A stretch of 55,284 nt of DNA from Bacteroidota bacterium (GTDB lineage: Bacteria > Bacteroidota > Bacteroidia > Bacteroidales > ML635J-15): positions 1 through 55,284 of the forward strand of contig JAYENB010000159.1 in the NCBI GenBank assembly GCA_034721855.1, in the 5' to 3' direction. Positions 8,611 through 18,717 of this stretch are shown here, piece after piece (position 1 is the stretch's first letter; the number at the start of each line of letters is the position of its first letter). A program made the position numbers and the translations under genes. The notes under the pieces are model-generated. The model was not told where the DNA came from. It was given only the letters and a program-made list of their open reading frames with translations, and made no database searches.

Positions 8611-10184
8611 GATCTTTTTTCATTTAAAATATGTTTACGCCTTAAATAATTTATAAAAATATGAATTAAAGCATAAAACAGGAAAATTCCAAATCCAATC
8701 ATCCACACGAGGAATTTTTCAGATTTCACCACCTGTTTTTCCATGGACTGTGCTACAAGGTGATCACTAAGCTTATTCACGCCGGGAAAATCTTTATGGG
8801 GCCATTTGTTCAGTATGGTGCCTTTTTTAACCAGCATGATGCATGGATTTGATCTGGCCATGGTTTTGAGAGTAATGGGGTCTGTGCTGTAAAATTCAAA
8901 AGGAGCATCTTTTTCCTTTACAAAGGTTTTTACATCTTCTTCCGTTGAGGAGGTCATGAAAAGGCATCCCATGTCATTCACATCACAATAATTATACAGT
9001 TTTTTTAGATTTTCAATGTTTTTATTTTTCATTTTCAGGATATCCCAACTGATGATAAAAAAGGTGTACCGGTCATCTTTAAGCACAAGGTCGGTAATGT
9101 CTTCCGGGGTTTTATTATGATGTGTCACTGCAGTTTCGGGATTATAATACACTGCATCCACAAACCTCCATTCATTTGTCAATGGAAGATCAAACAGGGT
9201 AAACTCCTTACTTTCACCATTTTTTTCATAAATCAGGCCAATATTTTGAGGCTGTATTTCTTTTTCAGAATTAACCGACACAAATGACCATTCAGACAAA
9301 GGCAGTTCATTTACCGGAAATTCTTCATTATGACCGTCAATTTCATAAAAATAAGTAGCATTGAATAAATCTTCGGGGGCTACCAGGTTTTTCTTTCTTT
9401 CTTGTTCAAAAGTCAATGGCATGGTGGTGATGCTAAAATCGTGGATTGGAGGCATATACCCTTCTTCAATCAGTTCATTTTTGGTTTCCTGCCATTCCCA
9501 CTGTTCTCCATCCGGAATGCTGTTAACATCAAATTCCTTGACTTCCCCTGTTTCAACATTTTTGTAAACGACAAGGGTTTCATAAACCGGATGGTTATCT
9601 TTTTCAGAATCGGGGATTTCCATACCAGCCTGGATATTATTTCCTATTCTGTACGGACGGAAATCCAGTATGGGTAAATGACGGTAACAATGTATGGACA
9701 GCCAAACAGTAGCTACAGAAAAAACAATCAGTAGTGTCCATTGCATACTTTGTGGCAAATTGGGTTTAAAATCCTTTCGTTTCAGAAAAACAGGCACTGT
9801 CATTGCCATAATAACTACATTTTTCCAAAACGTAGCCCAATTGGATAAAATGATTGCATCGCCAAAACAACCACAATCTTGTACCGGATCAGCAATGGCA
9901 ATCCACAGGGTTAAAGGTAAAAACACAATCATAAACAACATGATACCCCATGCACCCAATCGTGGTTTTACATTAAAAAGCAAGGAAACACCTATCAGCA
10001 ATTCTGCTGCAGACATGATAATGCCAAGCGTGAGGGCTGTAGGTTCCAGAAAATCCAACCCCATAGCCACAAAATAATCCACAAATTTGAATTGAATTCC
10101 CATGGGGTCAACCACTTTGACAAAGCCGGAAAATACAAACACAATACTCAAAATAATCCGGAAAATATTAACCAAGGTTTTCAT
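8601..10184 (-). CDS. MauE/DoxX-family membrane protein with a thioredoxin-fold-like C-terminal region and a terminal TM helix
   Basis: The N-terminus has multiple TM helices and a DCGCFGD motif as in MauE/DoxX. The total length is 527 aa. Confidence 0.7.
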   Translation of the reverse strand: MKTLVNIFRIILSIVFVFSGFVKVVDPMGIQFKFVDYFVAMGLDFLEPTALTLGIIMSAAELLIGVSLLFNVKPRLGAWGIMLFMIVFLPLTLWIAIADPVQDCGCFGDAIILSNWATFWKNVVIMAMTVPVFLKRKDFKPNLPQSMQWTLLIVFSVATVWLSIHCYRHLPILDFRPYRIGNNIQAGMEIPDSEKDNHPVYETLVVYKNVETGEVKEFDVNSIPDGEQWEWQETKNELIEEGYMPPIHDFSITTMPLTFEQERKKNLVAPEDLFNATYFYEIDGHNEEFPVNELPLSEWSFVSVNSEKEIQPQNIGLIYEKNGESKEFTLFDLPLTNEWRFVDAVYYNPETAVTHHNKTPEDITDLVLKDDRYTFFIISWDILKMKNKNIENLKKLYNYCDVNDMGCLFMTSSTEEDVKTFVKEKDAPFEFYSTDPITLKTMARSNPCIMLVKKGTILNKWPHKDFPGVNKLSDHLVAQSMEKQVVKSEKFLVWMIGFGIFLFYALIHIFINYLRRKHILNEKRSWE

Positions 10185-10629
10185 AGAACAAAAATTTTTA
10201 TTTTAAAAGTCCAAAATTAATCAATCATTGCATTAAATGAAATGACAAATGTCAGATTTACATTTTTCCAAGACCCTGCTTGAAAAAAAGCCGCCTTACT
10301 TCGGCGCCGCTTATCTCGACTGTCGCTCAGCACATCGCTCGATACATCGCAGCACAAGTAAAGCGGGAAAAAATGTAAACTCAAAATCCAAAACACAAAG
10401 TTCAAAATAAATTACAAAACTTGTCCGGCGAAGACGGATAACAAACATCAAATGACAAATAAATTCAAAATTTGGTTTATAGTTCTACCTCTGCCCGAGA
10501 GGGCGGAATAGGAGGTGGCTGAAGCTTACGCCCCGCCCTAAAGGACGGGGTAATTGGGCTAAAGCCCTGATTATAGCTATAGAGAGCAATTTTTTGGTTA
10601 AACTATATCCGTAAATTCTGTCAAAATGG

Positions 10630-11319
10630 TTACACAATATCCTTATTTTTGAGTAAATCAATCAGTTTTTCAAAAATCACTTCAGCCGGTAACATTTTAC
10701 CCATCTTATCTTCACAATTCAATGCTTCAAGCCCTATCTTTTCTTTGATCATCATTTCATATATTTTTCTTACTTCCAATTGATAATCTATATTGGCTTC
10801 ATGAATATCATCTTTGCCTTTCAAATAATCCCGTTCACTTCCCACGCGTTGTTTATCCATAAGTTGTGATTTTACAAAATCGTGCGGCACATCTAAGTAA
10901 ATGCTCACATCCGGTTCAGGGATATGAAAATGGTCAAATTCTGTTTTCAATATCCAATGCAGCAAATTATTTCTTTCTTTTTCCGTTTTGAATTTGGCAC
11001 ATTGATAGGCTATGTTTGAATACACATACCTGTCAACCAAAACATATTTTGATTCCTTGAGCCACTGATGTATCTGACTGGATGCATCTTTCTGGTCTCC
11101 GGCAAACAGCAACGCAACGAGGTATGGATTAACATCTTCGATTTTACCAAGGTCTCCACGTAAGTATCGTCCCACCAAATCCCCAAAAACAGGAGAATCC
11201 ACACGCGGGAAATGAATGTACTCGAAAGGAATGCCTTGTTCTGAAAACCAGTTTTTTAGCATTCTGACTTGTGTGGACTTCCCTGCACCATCAAGTCCTT
11301 CAATAACCAGAAATTTCAT
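10630..11319 (-). CDS. tmk: dTMP (thymidylate) kinase family protein
   Basis: The N-terminal P-loop reads MKFLVIEGLDGAGKSTQ. The DRY motif (VDRYVYS) is present. Confidence 0.8.
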   Translation of the reverse strand: MKFLVIEGLDGAGKSTQVRMLKNWFSEQGIPFEYIHFPRVDSPVFGDLVGRYLRGDLGKIEDVNPYLVALLFAGDQKDASSQIHQWLKESKYVLVDRYVYSNIAYQCAKFKTEKERNNLLHWILKTEFDHFHIPEPDVSIYLDVPHDFVKSQLMDKQRVGSERDYLKGKDDIHEANIDYQLEVRKIYEMMIKEKIGLEALNCEDKMGKMLPAEVIFEKLIDLLKNKDIV

Positions 11320-11358
11320 ATGACATTTTTTTATATTAATTTTATCACGTTAACAAAG

Positions 11359-12231
11359 ATGAACAAAAATATGTTTACTCAAAAACAGACTATCAATCTC
11401 AACGGAAAACTTATGGATTTCGAATGTCCAAAAGTAATGGGAATTTTGAATATTACACCGGATTCTTTTTACGATGGCGGACGTTATACAACATCAGAAA
11501 GCATAAAAAAGCGGGTAAAAGAAATCATAAACGAAGGGGCTGATATTATTGATGCAGGGGGGATGTCTTCCAGGCCTGGGGCTGATATTATTGATGAAAG
11601 AACAGAATGGTACAGGCTGGAAAAAGCATTGGACATAATCAGAAATATATCTGCCGAAATTCCGGTATCGGTTGACACATTCCGTTCCAACATTGCACAT
11701 CAATCAATTGGGAAATATAAAGTTGGCATGATCAACGATATTTCCGGAGGAAACATGGACCCATCTATTTTTGATGTTGTGGCAGAAATGCAGGTACCAT
11801 ATATCATGATGCATATGCAGGGTACACCGGCATCAATGCAAAAGCATCCAAGGTATAAGGATTTCCCGGGTGATCTTTTGGAGTTTTTTCAGAAACAAAA
11901 TGCGATATTACAAGACAAAAATGTCCATGATGTCATTATTGATCCGGGCTTTGGTTTTGGAAAAACCCTGGACCAAAATTACATGTTGCTTCATCATTTA
12001 GATAGATTTAAAATCATTGGACATCCTGTTATGGTGGGAATTTCGCGAAAAAGCATGATAACAAACTATTTGAATATTCACGCTTCTGACACCCTTCCGG
12101 CAACATCCGCACTACATACGTTAGCATTAATGAAAGGGGCTAACATTTTACGGGTACATGATGTAGCTGCAGCAAAACATGTGACTAAACTCATGATGAA
12201 AACAAAAAACAGTTTCAATGCAAATTGGTAA
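11359..12231 (+). CDS. folP: Dihydropteroate synthase
   Basis: Motifs VMGILNITPDSFYDGG, IIDAGG.SSRPG and DPGFGFGK are present. The ATG at 11359 avoids the overlap with tmk. Confidence 0.9.
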   Translation: MNKNMFTQKQTINLNGKLMDFECPKVMGILNITPDSFYDGGRYTTSESIKKRVKEIINEGADIIDAGGMSSRPGADIIDERTEWYRLEKALDIIRNISAEIPVSVDTFRSNIAHQSIGKYKVGMINDISGGNMDPSIFDVVAEMQVPYIMMHMQGTPASMQKHPRYKDFPGDLLEFFQKQNAILQDKNVHDVIIDPGFGFGKTLDQNYMLLHHLDRFKIIGHPVMVGISRKSMITNYLNIHASDTLPATSALHTLALMKGANILRVHDVAAAKHVTKLMMKTKNSFNANW

Positions 12232-12245
12232 TGTGTTTCAATAAT

Positions 12246-12536
12246 GAGGCCGGTCTAAAAAGTCATTTTATTCCATAAAGCCGCTAAGACACAAAGAAAT
12301 CACAAAGATAAATTTATTGAATACCAGTACTTTGTGAAACTTGGTGACTTTGTGGCTTGGTGGGAAATTTTGTGCAAACGAGGGCAGAGCCAAGCTGCCA
12401 CCCTGTGCCGCACTGAGCCTGCCGAAGTGAGCGAAGCCGAAGGGTTGCTTGAGCTATGCCGAATGCTCCGTATTGAGCGAAGTCGAAATGCAGCCAAAAT
12501 TATGTAAATTTTTTTATTTTAACTTTTTAGACTGAA
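12246..12536. mobile_element. MITE-like non-autonomous insertion between folP and cdaA
   Basis: The 9-bp direct repeat TTCAATAAT sits at 12237-12245 and 12537-12545, flanking a 291-bp segment. Its ends carry inverted GTCTAAAAAGT (12253-12263) and ACTTTTTAGAC (12522-12532). The interior is GC-rich and shares ttgtgcaaacgagggcagagcc with 53025-53046 in inverted orientation. Confidence 0.65.
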
Positions 12537-12567
12537 TTCAATAATAATTTGTATCTTCGGGCAACTT

Positions 12568-13347
12568 ATGGTACACGCATTTATAACCATCCGTTTTCTG
12601 GATGTTGTTGACATATTTCTGGTGGCATTCCTGCTCTACCAGCTTTATTTGCTCATACGAGGCACCGTTGCCATGCGTATCTTTATCGGCGTGTTTTCTA
12701 TTTACATGTTTTGGTTGATTGTGAAAGCAATGAATATGGAACTGCTTGGTTCCATTCTCGGGCAGGTTATTGGAGTAGGTGTTATTGCGTTGTTGATTGT
12801 ATTTCAACAGGAAATAAGGCGTTTTCTGTTAATGCTGGGCAATCAAAGTTTCATTAACCAACATTTACCATTTATACGTTATTTTATAACCACTTCACCC
12901 ATTAGTAAAAACCACATTGAAAAAATAGTACAAGCTGTTTATAGCCTGGCTGACAATTATTTAGGTGGGTTGATTGTCGTTTCAAAGCACTCTGATCTAA
13001 AAACTTATGCCAGCAGTGGAGAGATTATCAATGCTGAGATTTCTGACAGGTTAATAAACAATATTTTTTATAAAAATGCCCCGCTACATGATGGAGCTAT
13101 TATCATTATAAAAGATAAAATTAAAGCTGCAGGCTGTGTATTGCCTGTATCTCAAAGCGTTGACATCCCTAAAAGCATGGGATTGCGTCACAGGGCTGCT
13201 GTAGGTATGAGCGAACGTACAGACAGTGTTGTGGTAGTTGTTTCTGAACAAACAGGTGAAATCAGCCTGGCTAAAAAAGGGAAAATTTATAGAATTACTA
13301 CAAAAGACAGGCTCAAATTAATTTTAATTAAGGAGGTAGGACAATGA
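12568..13347 (+). CDS. cdaA: Diadenylate cyclase (c-di-AMP synthase), CdaA type
   Basis: Three N-terminal TM helices precede DisA_N motifs LHDGAIII and GLRHRAAVGMSERTDSVVVVVSEQTG. Confidence 0.9.
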   Translation: MVHAFITIRFLDVVDIFLVAFLLYQLYLLIRGTVAMRIFIGVFSIYMFWLIVKAMNMELLGSILGQVIGVGVIALLIVFQQEIRRFLLMLGNQSFINQHLPFIRYFITTSPISKNHIEKIVQAVYSLADNYLGGLIVVSKHSDLKTYASSGEIINAEISDRLINNIFYKNAPLHDGAIIIIKDKIKAAGCVLPVSQSVDIPKSMGLRHRAAVGMSERTDSVVVVVSEQTGEISLAKKGKIYRITTKDRLKLILIKEVGQ

Positions 13348-14219
13348 TAATTGCTGTTACAGGAAGCAATGGCTTTATCGGCAAAAACATAAAAAAGCAT
13401 TTTTTAACTCTGGGACAAAAGATAATCAGCGTTCCGAGAAAGATACTCTATGACAGACCTGCACTGGAGAAAATGCTGGAAGAAGTTGATGTAATCATTC
13501 ATATTGCAGGCGCGCCGATCACAAAACGCTGGACCAGGCATAACCGGAAGAAGATATTCAACAGCCGCGTGATAACAACGCAAAACATAGTGCATGTGAT
13601 TGATAATATGCAAAATCCACCAAAGCTTTTTATCAGCACATCTGCCATTGGAATCTACAATAACATCCATTATCACGATGAAAGCAGTGATGATTTTTCT
13701 GATAATTTTCTGGGCACCCTTTGCAAAGCATGGGAAGCACCTGTAAAGTCAATGGATAATGAAAAAACAAGGACCATCATTACTCGTATGGGAATTGTGT
13801 TGGGAGAAGGAGGCATACTTTCCAGGTTAACATGGGTGTTTAAAATGGGACTCGGAGCAAAAATAGGCCATGGAGAATATCCAATGCCGCTTATACATAT
13901 TGCCGATCTGCTTGCTTTTTATGAAACTGCTATTAATGACACCGGTTATCAGGGGATATATAACCTTACAGCACCTTCCATCATAACCAATGAAGAGTTT
14001 TCTGAAGCTCTAGCAGCAGCGTATAATAAAAAACTAAGGTTCAGCATACCTCCTTTTATCTTAAATCTTATTTTTGGTCAAGGGTTTATGCATTTAATCA
14101 ATAACCCGATCATAATACCAAAAAAATTATTGGAAGCAGGTTTCAAATATAAATATGATCAGATTGAAGATGCGTTGGAAGATTGTTTGAAAAAAATTGA
14201 AATTTCTACAACTAAATAA
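13344..14219 (+). CDS. TIGR01777/YfcH-like NAD-dependent epimerase family protein
   Basis: A Rossmann motif IAVTGSNGFIGKNI is present. The start overlaps the cdaA stop (ATGA). The 291 aa length fits the family. Confidence 0.75.
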   Translation: MIIAVTGSNGFIGKNIKKHFLTLGQKIISVPRKILYDRPALEKMLEEVDVIIHIAGAPITKRWTRHNRKKIFNSRVITTQNIVHVIDNMQNPPKLFISTSAIGIYNNIHYHDESSDDFSDNFLGTLCKAWEAPVKSMDNEKTRTIITRMGIVLGEGGILSRLTWVFKMGLGAKIGHGEYPMPLIHIADLLAFYETAINDTGYQGIYNLTAPSIITNEEFSEALAAAYNKKLRFSIPPFILNLIFGQGFMHLINNPIIIPKKLLEAGFKYKYDQIEDALEDCLKKIEISTTK

Positions 14220-14264
14220 TGACAAAAGGCAACCAAATTACTTTTTTTTAAGTCTTAATTATAG

Positions 14265-14272
14265 TATATTTG
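14265..14272 (+). promoter_or_regulatory. Candidate Bacteroidota sigma-A -7 box (TAnnTTTG)
   Basis: TATATTTG lies just upstream of the lipoprotein gene. Its position favours the ATG at 14293 over the one at 14275. Confidence 0.35.
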
Positions 14273-14274
14273 CA

Positions 14275-15162
14275 ATGAAAAATTCATACAGTATGAAAAT
14301 AAGATCATTTATAATAGTTCTGATGGTGTTTTTATTGACATTGGGTGTTTTTACTTCATGTGAAGATGATTCTGTCAATATAAACCGTCCGTTGATGACA
14401 GCTCTTCTTGACGGCAGCACATGGCGCTGTCCTGAACCCAATGCCAGGGTTTCTGACGAACAAATCCTAGTTTACGGACAATCAGCGGATGGCCAAACCA
14501 TTCAAATCACCATTTACAGCGGGGAAGAAGGTGTTTATACACTGAATGCAAGCAACATGCATGAGGGCATTATCATTCCAAACACGAGTGCTTATGCTGA
14601 AGTGTATAGTACAAGCAATAATGAATCTGGAACCGGACAAGTCCGGATAACATCAATCAATGAAGACGACAGGACTATTTCCGGGAAATTTAATTTCAGG
14701 GCGTATAAACAAAATTCAAATGCATCAAGGGTAATTACCAATGGTGAATTTACCAAAGTACCCTATAAATATATTAATACAACTGACACAACTCATGTCG
14801 TTGATATGATGACTGCCAGTATCAACGGAGAATCCTTTGATGCTAATTCCGTTGTCACTTCTGATACTTCAGTAAATTACATTGAGATTACAGGTTCCAG
14901 TAACACATCGTTCCGAAGTATCATATTAAAACTCCCGAAAAACATTCAGGAAGGCCTACATAACATTGATCCTACAAATGGACCAGCCATGGCCTATTAC
15001 CAGGAATCATTAACAGAAATGCAGGCTACAGCGGGTTCTACTACAATATCCGAACACGACACAGAAAACGACATATTAAAGGGAACCTTTTTCTTTAATG
15101 TTGAAGACGGTGGTGGACAAACCATAAGCATCACAGCTGGTTATTTTGAGGTACAATATTAA
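14275..15162 (+). CDS. Lipoprotein of unknown function
   Basis: The signal and lipobox read MKIRSFIIVLMVFLLTLGVFTSCEDD. The likely true start is 14293. The ORF track starts at 14197. Confidence 0.7.
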   Translation: MKNSYSMKIRSFIIVLMVFLLTLGVFTSCEDDSVNINRPLMTALLDGSTWRCPEPNARVSDEQILVYGQSADGQTIQITIYSGEEGVYTLNASNMHEGIIIPNTSAYAEVYSTSNNESGTGQVRITSINEDDRTISGKFNFRAYKQNSNASRVITNGEFTKVPYKYINTTDTTHVVDMMTASINGESFDANSVVTSDTSVNYIEITGSSNTSFRSIILKLPKNIQEGLHNIDPTNGPAMAYYQESLTEMQATAGSTTISEHDTENDILKGTFFFNVEDGGGQTISITAGYFEVQY

Positions 15163-15343
15163 TACTATACCCTAACCCAGATAAACCTCGTAGGTTAAAT
15201 AACCAACGGGGTAAACTAAAAATCCTAAATCTTAATTTTTAAATACTAAACAAATTCAAATTTTCAAATTTATCAATTACCAAAACATTTTCTTACCAAA
15301 CTGTTAGGATTTGCTTTGAATTTTGAACTTAAATTACCGTATT

Positions 15344-16117
15344 TTACCAGGTATCTTCAGTATCTTTGTGAAACGCTGTGGCAGATGCCTGAGCTGTCGG
15401 CATCACAAGAATATCGTTAATGTTTACATGTGGTGGCCGTGAAATTGCAAACAGGATGGTTTCAGCCACATCAGCAGCATGCAAAGGTTCGTATGCTTTA
15501 TACACTTCTTCCGCACGTGATTCATCCCCATGAAACCGGACGACTGAAAACTCAGTATCAATAGCACCGGGGGCAATTTGAGTCACACGTATGCCTTTTT
15601 CCAACAGGTCCAGACGCATTGATTTTGTCAATGCATCTACTGCATGTTTGGTGGCGCAATAAACATTTCCGTTCGGATAGACTTCCCTTCCTGCAATGGA
15701 ACCAATGTTTATAATCTGTCCTTTTTTTCTTTCAATCATACAGGGAACCACCCTGCGGGTAACATACAACAATCCTTTGATATTGGTATCTATCATCTTA
15801 TCCCAGTCTTCTGCATCACCATCCTGCACAGGATCAAAACCTGATGCAAGACCGGCGTTGTTGATCAGAATATCAATATCAGCCATATCTTTGGGCAAGC
15901 CTGAAATGGCCTCATCTACAGCGGATTTATCGCGTACATCAAAATGCAATGTATGCACCCTGCCGTTGTGTTGTAATTTCAATTTATCACTTATGGCAAC
16001 CAGGCGTTCTTTTCTCCGGCCTGTGATAATTACCCTGTAACCATTTTTAACAAGCAATTCAGCGGCAGCTTCGCCAATTCCTGATGTAGCTCCGGTTATT
16101 AATGCTATCTGACTCAT
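15344..16117 (-). CDS. SDR-family oxidoreductase
   Basis: Motifs TGATSGIG, NNAG and YCATKHAV (YxxxK) are present. The start is MSQIALITG at 16117. Confidence 0.9.
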   Translation of the reverse strand: MSQIALITGATSGIGEAAAELLVKNGYRVIITGRRKERLVAISDKLKLQHNGRVHTLHFDVRDKSAVDEAISGLPKDMADIDILINNAGLASGFDPVQDGDAEDWDKMIDTNIKGLLYVTRRVVPCMIERKKGQIINIGSIAGREVYPNGNVYCATKHAVDALTKSMRLDLLEKGIRVTQIAPGAIDTEFSVVRFHGDESRAEEVYKAYEPLHAADVAETILFAISRPPHVNINDILVMPTAQASATAFHKDTEDTW

Positions 16118-16127
16118 AATAAAATCA

Positions 16128-17528
16128 TTATTTTTTTTCCAACAACACAATATTCTCTACATGATGGGTATGAGGAAACATATCCACAGGCTGTACTTTT
16201 TTTATCTTAAAAGCATCCTCCATAAGGCTTATATCACGTGCCTGTGTTGCCGGATTACAACTTACATACACAATTTTTTCAGGCAAAACATCCACCACCC
16301 GCCGGATAACATCTTTGTGTACTCCTGCACGTGGAGGATCCAGAACAATGATATCCGGTTTCCCCTCCTTTTTGATAAAAGCAGAAGATAACACATACCT
16401 CATATCACCCGCAAAAAAAGAAAGATTGCTCAACCCATTGATCTCAGCATTTATTTTGGCATCATTTACCGCTTCTTCAACGATTTCCACGCCTGTTACT
16501 TTTTTGGCATTTCTGGCAAGGTATAAAGACAGTGAACCTGTTCCTGAATACAAATCATAAATATGTTTTGTGGTATCTGTTTTAGTCATTTTTTCTACTT
16601 CATGATACAATGTCTCCGTTTGCAAGGTATTGGTTTGGAAAAAAGACTTTGGCCCTATCTTGAATTCCAGTCCATCCAGCTCTTCTGTAATAGTTGGTCT
16701 TCCCGAAAACAGTTCAACATCCAGATCAAATATACTGTCATTTTTCTTTGTATTAACAATATACATTAGTGAATCGATGTGGGGAAAATCATCACGTACA
16801 TGGGTCAACAAACTTTCAATTTCTTGCGAGAATTCTGAAACTACCAGGACCACCATTACCTCAGATTTGCGTGTAATGCGTATCATTAAATTCCGAAGCA
16901 GTCCCGTATGAGTTTTCGGGTTATAATAGGAAAGATCGTTCTGAACGGCATAATTGTGAATAAAATTCCGGATGAGATTTGTTGGTTCTTCCTGAAGATA
17001 GCATTTAGCAATCTGGAGCACTTTATCAAAACGCCCCGGGGCATGAAAACCCAATGCTTTGGTGACATTAAATTCCTTCCCTGACTCAATGTCTTCCTTT
17101 GTAAACCAGGCTTTATCAGAAAAACTGTACTCAAGTTTATTCCGGTAATATTTGATTTTTTCTGACGGTAAAATTGGTTCAGGATCAGGAAATGTCAGGC
17201 TGCCAATACGAAGGAGTTGTTCTTTTACCTGTTTTTCTTTAAACTTCAATTGTGCCTCATACAACATATGTTGCCATTTACACCCGCCGCAATCTCCAAA
17301 ATGCTCACAAAATGGTTCTGTCCGGAATTTCGAATAGGTTCTGATGTTGACAGGAACGCCTTCAAAATACGATTTCTTTTTTCGTATCAACTGTACATCA
17401 GCAATATCACCAGGCACAAGACCTTTGACAAATATTACACGGTCATTGTCTTTACCAATAACCATACCTTTAGAGGCAATATCGATGATTTCTAAGTTTT
17501 CTATTAAGGGTAATTTAGATTTTTTCAC
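16128..17528 (-). CDS. rlmD: 23S rRNA (uracil-5-)-methyltransferase RlmD/RumA family
   Basis: An N-terminal TRAM-like region is followed by the Fe-S cysteine cluster CEHFGDCGGCKWQH. SAM motifs and the C-terminal YVSCNPAT are also present. Confidence 0.88.
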   Translation of the reverse strand: MKKSKLPLIENLEIIDIASKGMVIGKDNDRVIFVKGLVPGDIADVQLIRKKKSYFEGVPVNIRTYSKFRTEPFCEHFGDCGGCKWQHMLYEAQLKFKEKQVKEQLLRIGSLTFPDPEPILPSEKIKYYRNKLEYSFSDKAWFTKEDIESGKEFNVTKALGFHAPGRFDKVLQIAKCYLQEEPTNLIRNFIHNYAVQNDLSYYNPKTHTGLLRNLMIRITRKSEVMVVLVVSEFSQEIESLLTHVRDDFPHIDSLMYIVNTKKNDSIFDLDVELFSGRPTITEELDGLEFKIGPKSFFQTNTLQTETLYHEVEKMTKTDTTKHIYDLYSGTGSLSLYLARNAKKVTGVEIVEEAVNDAKINAEINGLSNLSFFAGDMRYVLSSAFIKKEGKPDIIVLDPPRAGVHKDVIRRVVDVLPEKIVYVSCNPATQARDISLMEDAFKIKKVQPVDMFPHTHHVENIVLLEKK

Positions 17529-17578
17529 AATTCTTTGTATTTTGCGGCAAAGTTAACAAAACGATACAAACAAATATT

Positions 17579-18175
17579 ATGGCAAGAATTGGGCGACAAA
17601 TACCACATTTCAAAGAAATAGACATTAACAGTATCAAAGCAAATTTTTCTGATGACAAAAGGTACAGGTACACATTAGAAATGCATTACAGGCCTTCTCT
17701 TTTAAGACAAAATCCTCATGAACATGTATGTGTTATTTTGAAAAATCCAAGTTCTGCGGATGCTAAAAAAGCAGATGCTACCATACGAAAAGTAGAAACT
17801 TATGTGTATAAGCATTTTGTTTCAGCAGCAAAACTCAGCATCCTGAATATTTTTGCAATCAGGGCAACTGATGCCAGCGAAGTAAATCAACTTTTAAGTC
17901 AATACGGAAAAGCTTTTATTGTCGGTCCTGAAAATGACAATACAATACAAAGCACAATAGAAAAAGCTGATCATATTATTTGTGCATGGGGTAACAACAG
18001 TGGCATCAATGCAAGCTATTATCAATCCAGAATAAATGAGATGAAAACCCTGATCAGTCAGCAAAACAAAAAAGCACATTGTGTAAATGGAGCAAAACCA
18101 ACCAACCAACCTCTTCATGGATTGATGTGGGGATTTGGTTATCATCTGACACAATTTTCAACTGAAGTAAGATAA
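17579..18175 (+). CDS. DUF1643 domain-containing protein
   Basis: The landmarks RYRYTLE...VCVILKNPSSAD...ATIRKV...NIFA.RATD...AWG...PLHGL match what I recall for the DUF1643 family. Confidence 0.7.
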   Translation: MARIGRQIPHFKEIDINSIKANFSDDKRYRYTLEMHYRPSLLRQNPHEHVCVILKNPSSADAKKADATIRKVETYVYKHFVSAAKLSILNIFAIRATDASEVNQLLSQYGKAFIVGPENDNTIQSTIEKADHIICAWGNNSGINASYYQSRINEMKTLISQQNKKAHCVNGAKPTNQPLHGLMWGFGYHLTQFSTEVR

Positions 18176-18320
18176 TATCTGTTTCCTTATGGCGTTTCAT
18201 ATAGGGAAAAGCTTGTTGATAGGTTTATAATACATTGTTGATAATCATAACCTAAGACATTCAAAACAGACTGTTGATAAAATGATTGCAAATTATATTT
18301 AATAAAAACAATATTTGATT

Positions 18321-18328
18321 TATATTTG
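18321..18328 (+). promoter_or_regulatory. Candidate -7 box (TAnnTTTG)
   Basis: TATATTTG lies 32 nt upstream of the ATG at 18360. Confidence 0.4.
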
Positions 18329-18359
18329 TACATTGAAAGCAGAATAAAAGAAACATATT

Positions 18360-18503
18360 ATGAAAAAAGCAGCAGTATTATTACTGATCATCGCATCACT
18401 CGCGGTACTACTGGTATCCTGTGGGAGTACTGAGAATTGTCCTGCATACAGTGGGTCAGGAAATACAACCTTGGAAGATCAATCTGGAAACAAACGTGCG
18501 TAA
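18360..18503 (+). CDS. Small (47 aa) putative lipoprotein, absent from the ORF track because it is under 60 aa
   Basis: The product is MKKAAVLLLIIASLAVLLVSCGSTENCPAYSGSGNTTLEDQSGNKRA. It has a canonical signal peptide and lipobox (LVSC), and a promoter box lies upstream. Confidence 0.5.
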   Translation: MKKAAVLLLIIASLAVLLVSCGSTENCPAYSGSGNTTLEDQSGNKRA

Positions 18504-18524
18504 GTAGTGCTTGTCAATAGAGTC

Positions 18525-18653
18525 AGTGTCTAATTCATAATGTTCGAGTTCAAGGCTTGCGAAGTATTTAAAACCAAGGAATCCCGATTGCTATCGGGAT
18601 GACTGTTTTAAATACGAGCGTAACGCAGAAATCGGACATTATGGACAGACACT
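18525..18653. repeat. Long imperfect hairpin (about 129 nt)
   Basis: Four nested arm pairs are visible. agtgtct (18525-31) pairs with agacact (18647-53). cataatgt pairs with acattatg. gtatttaaaac (18563-73) pairs with gttttaaatac (18605-15). atcccgat (18581-88) pairs with atcgggat (18593-600). Confidence 0.6.
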
Positions 18654-18717
18654 AAGTAAGTTTAACAGTAAACTTAGTAGCAATCCGTTTTTGATAGAAT
18701 AAGTGAATATTTATGGA

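Noticed and set aside
10185-10629. The 445-bp gap between the DoxX-like gene and tmk could hold an ncRNA or riboswitch.
   Set aside because: It contains only short hairpins (ccccgccc/ggacgggg, gggctaaagccc) and low-complexity caaa/ttcaaaat modules related to other gaps. I recognise no conserved RNA motif.
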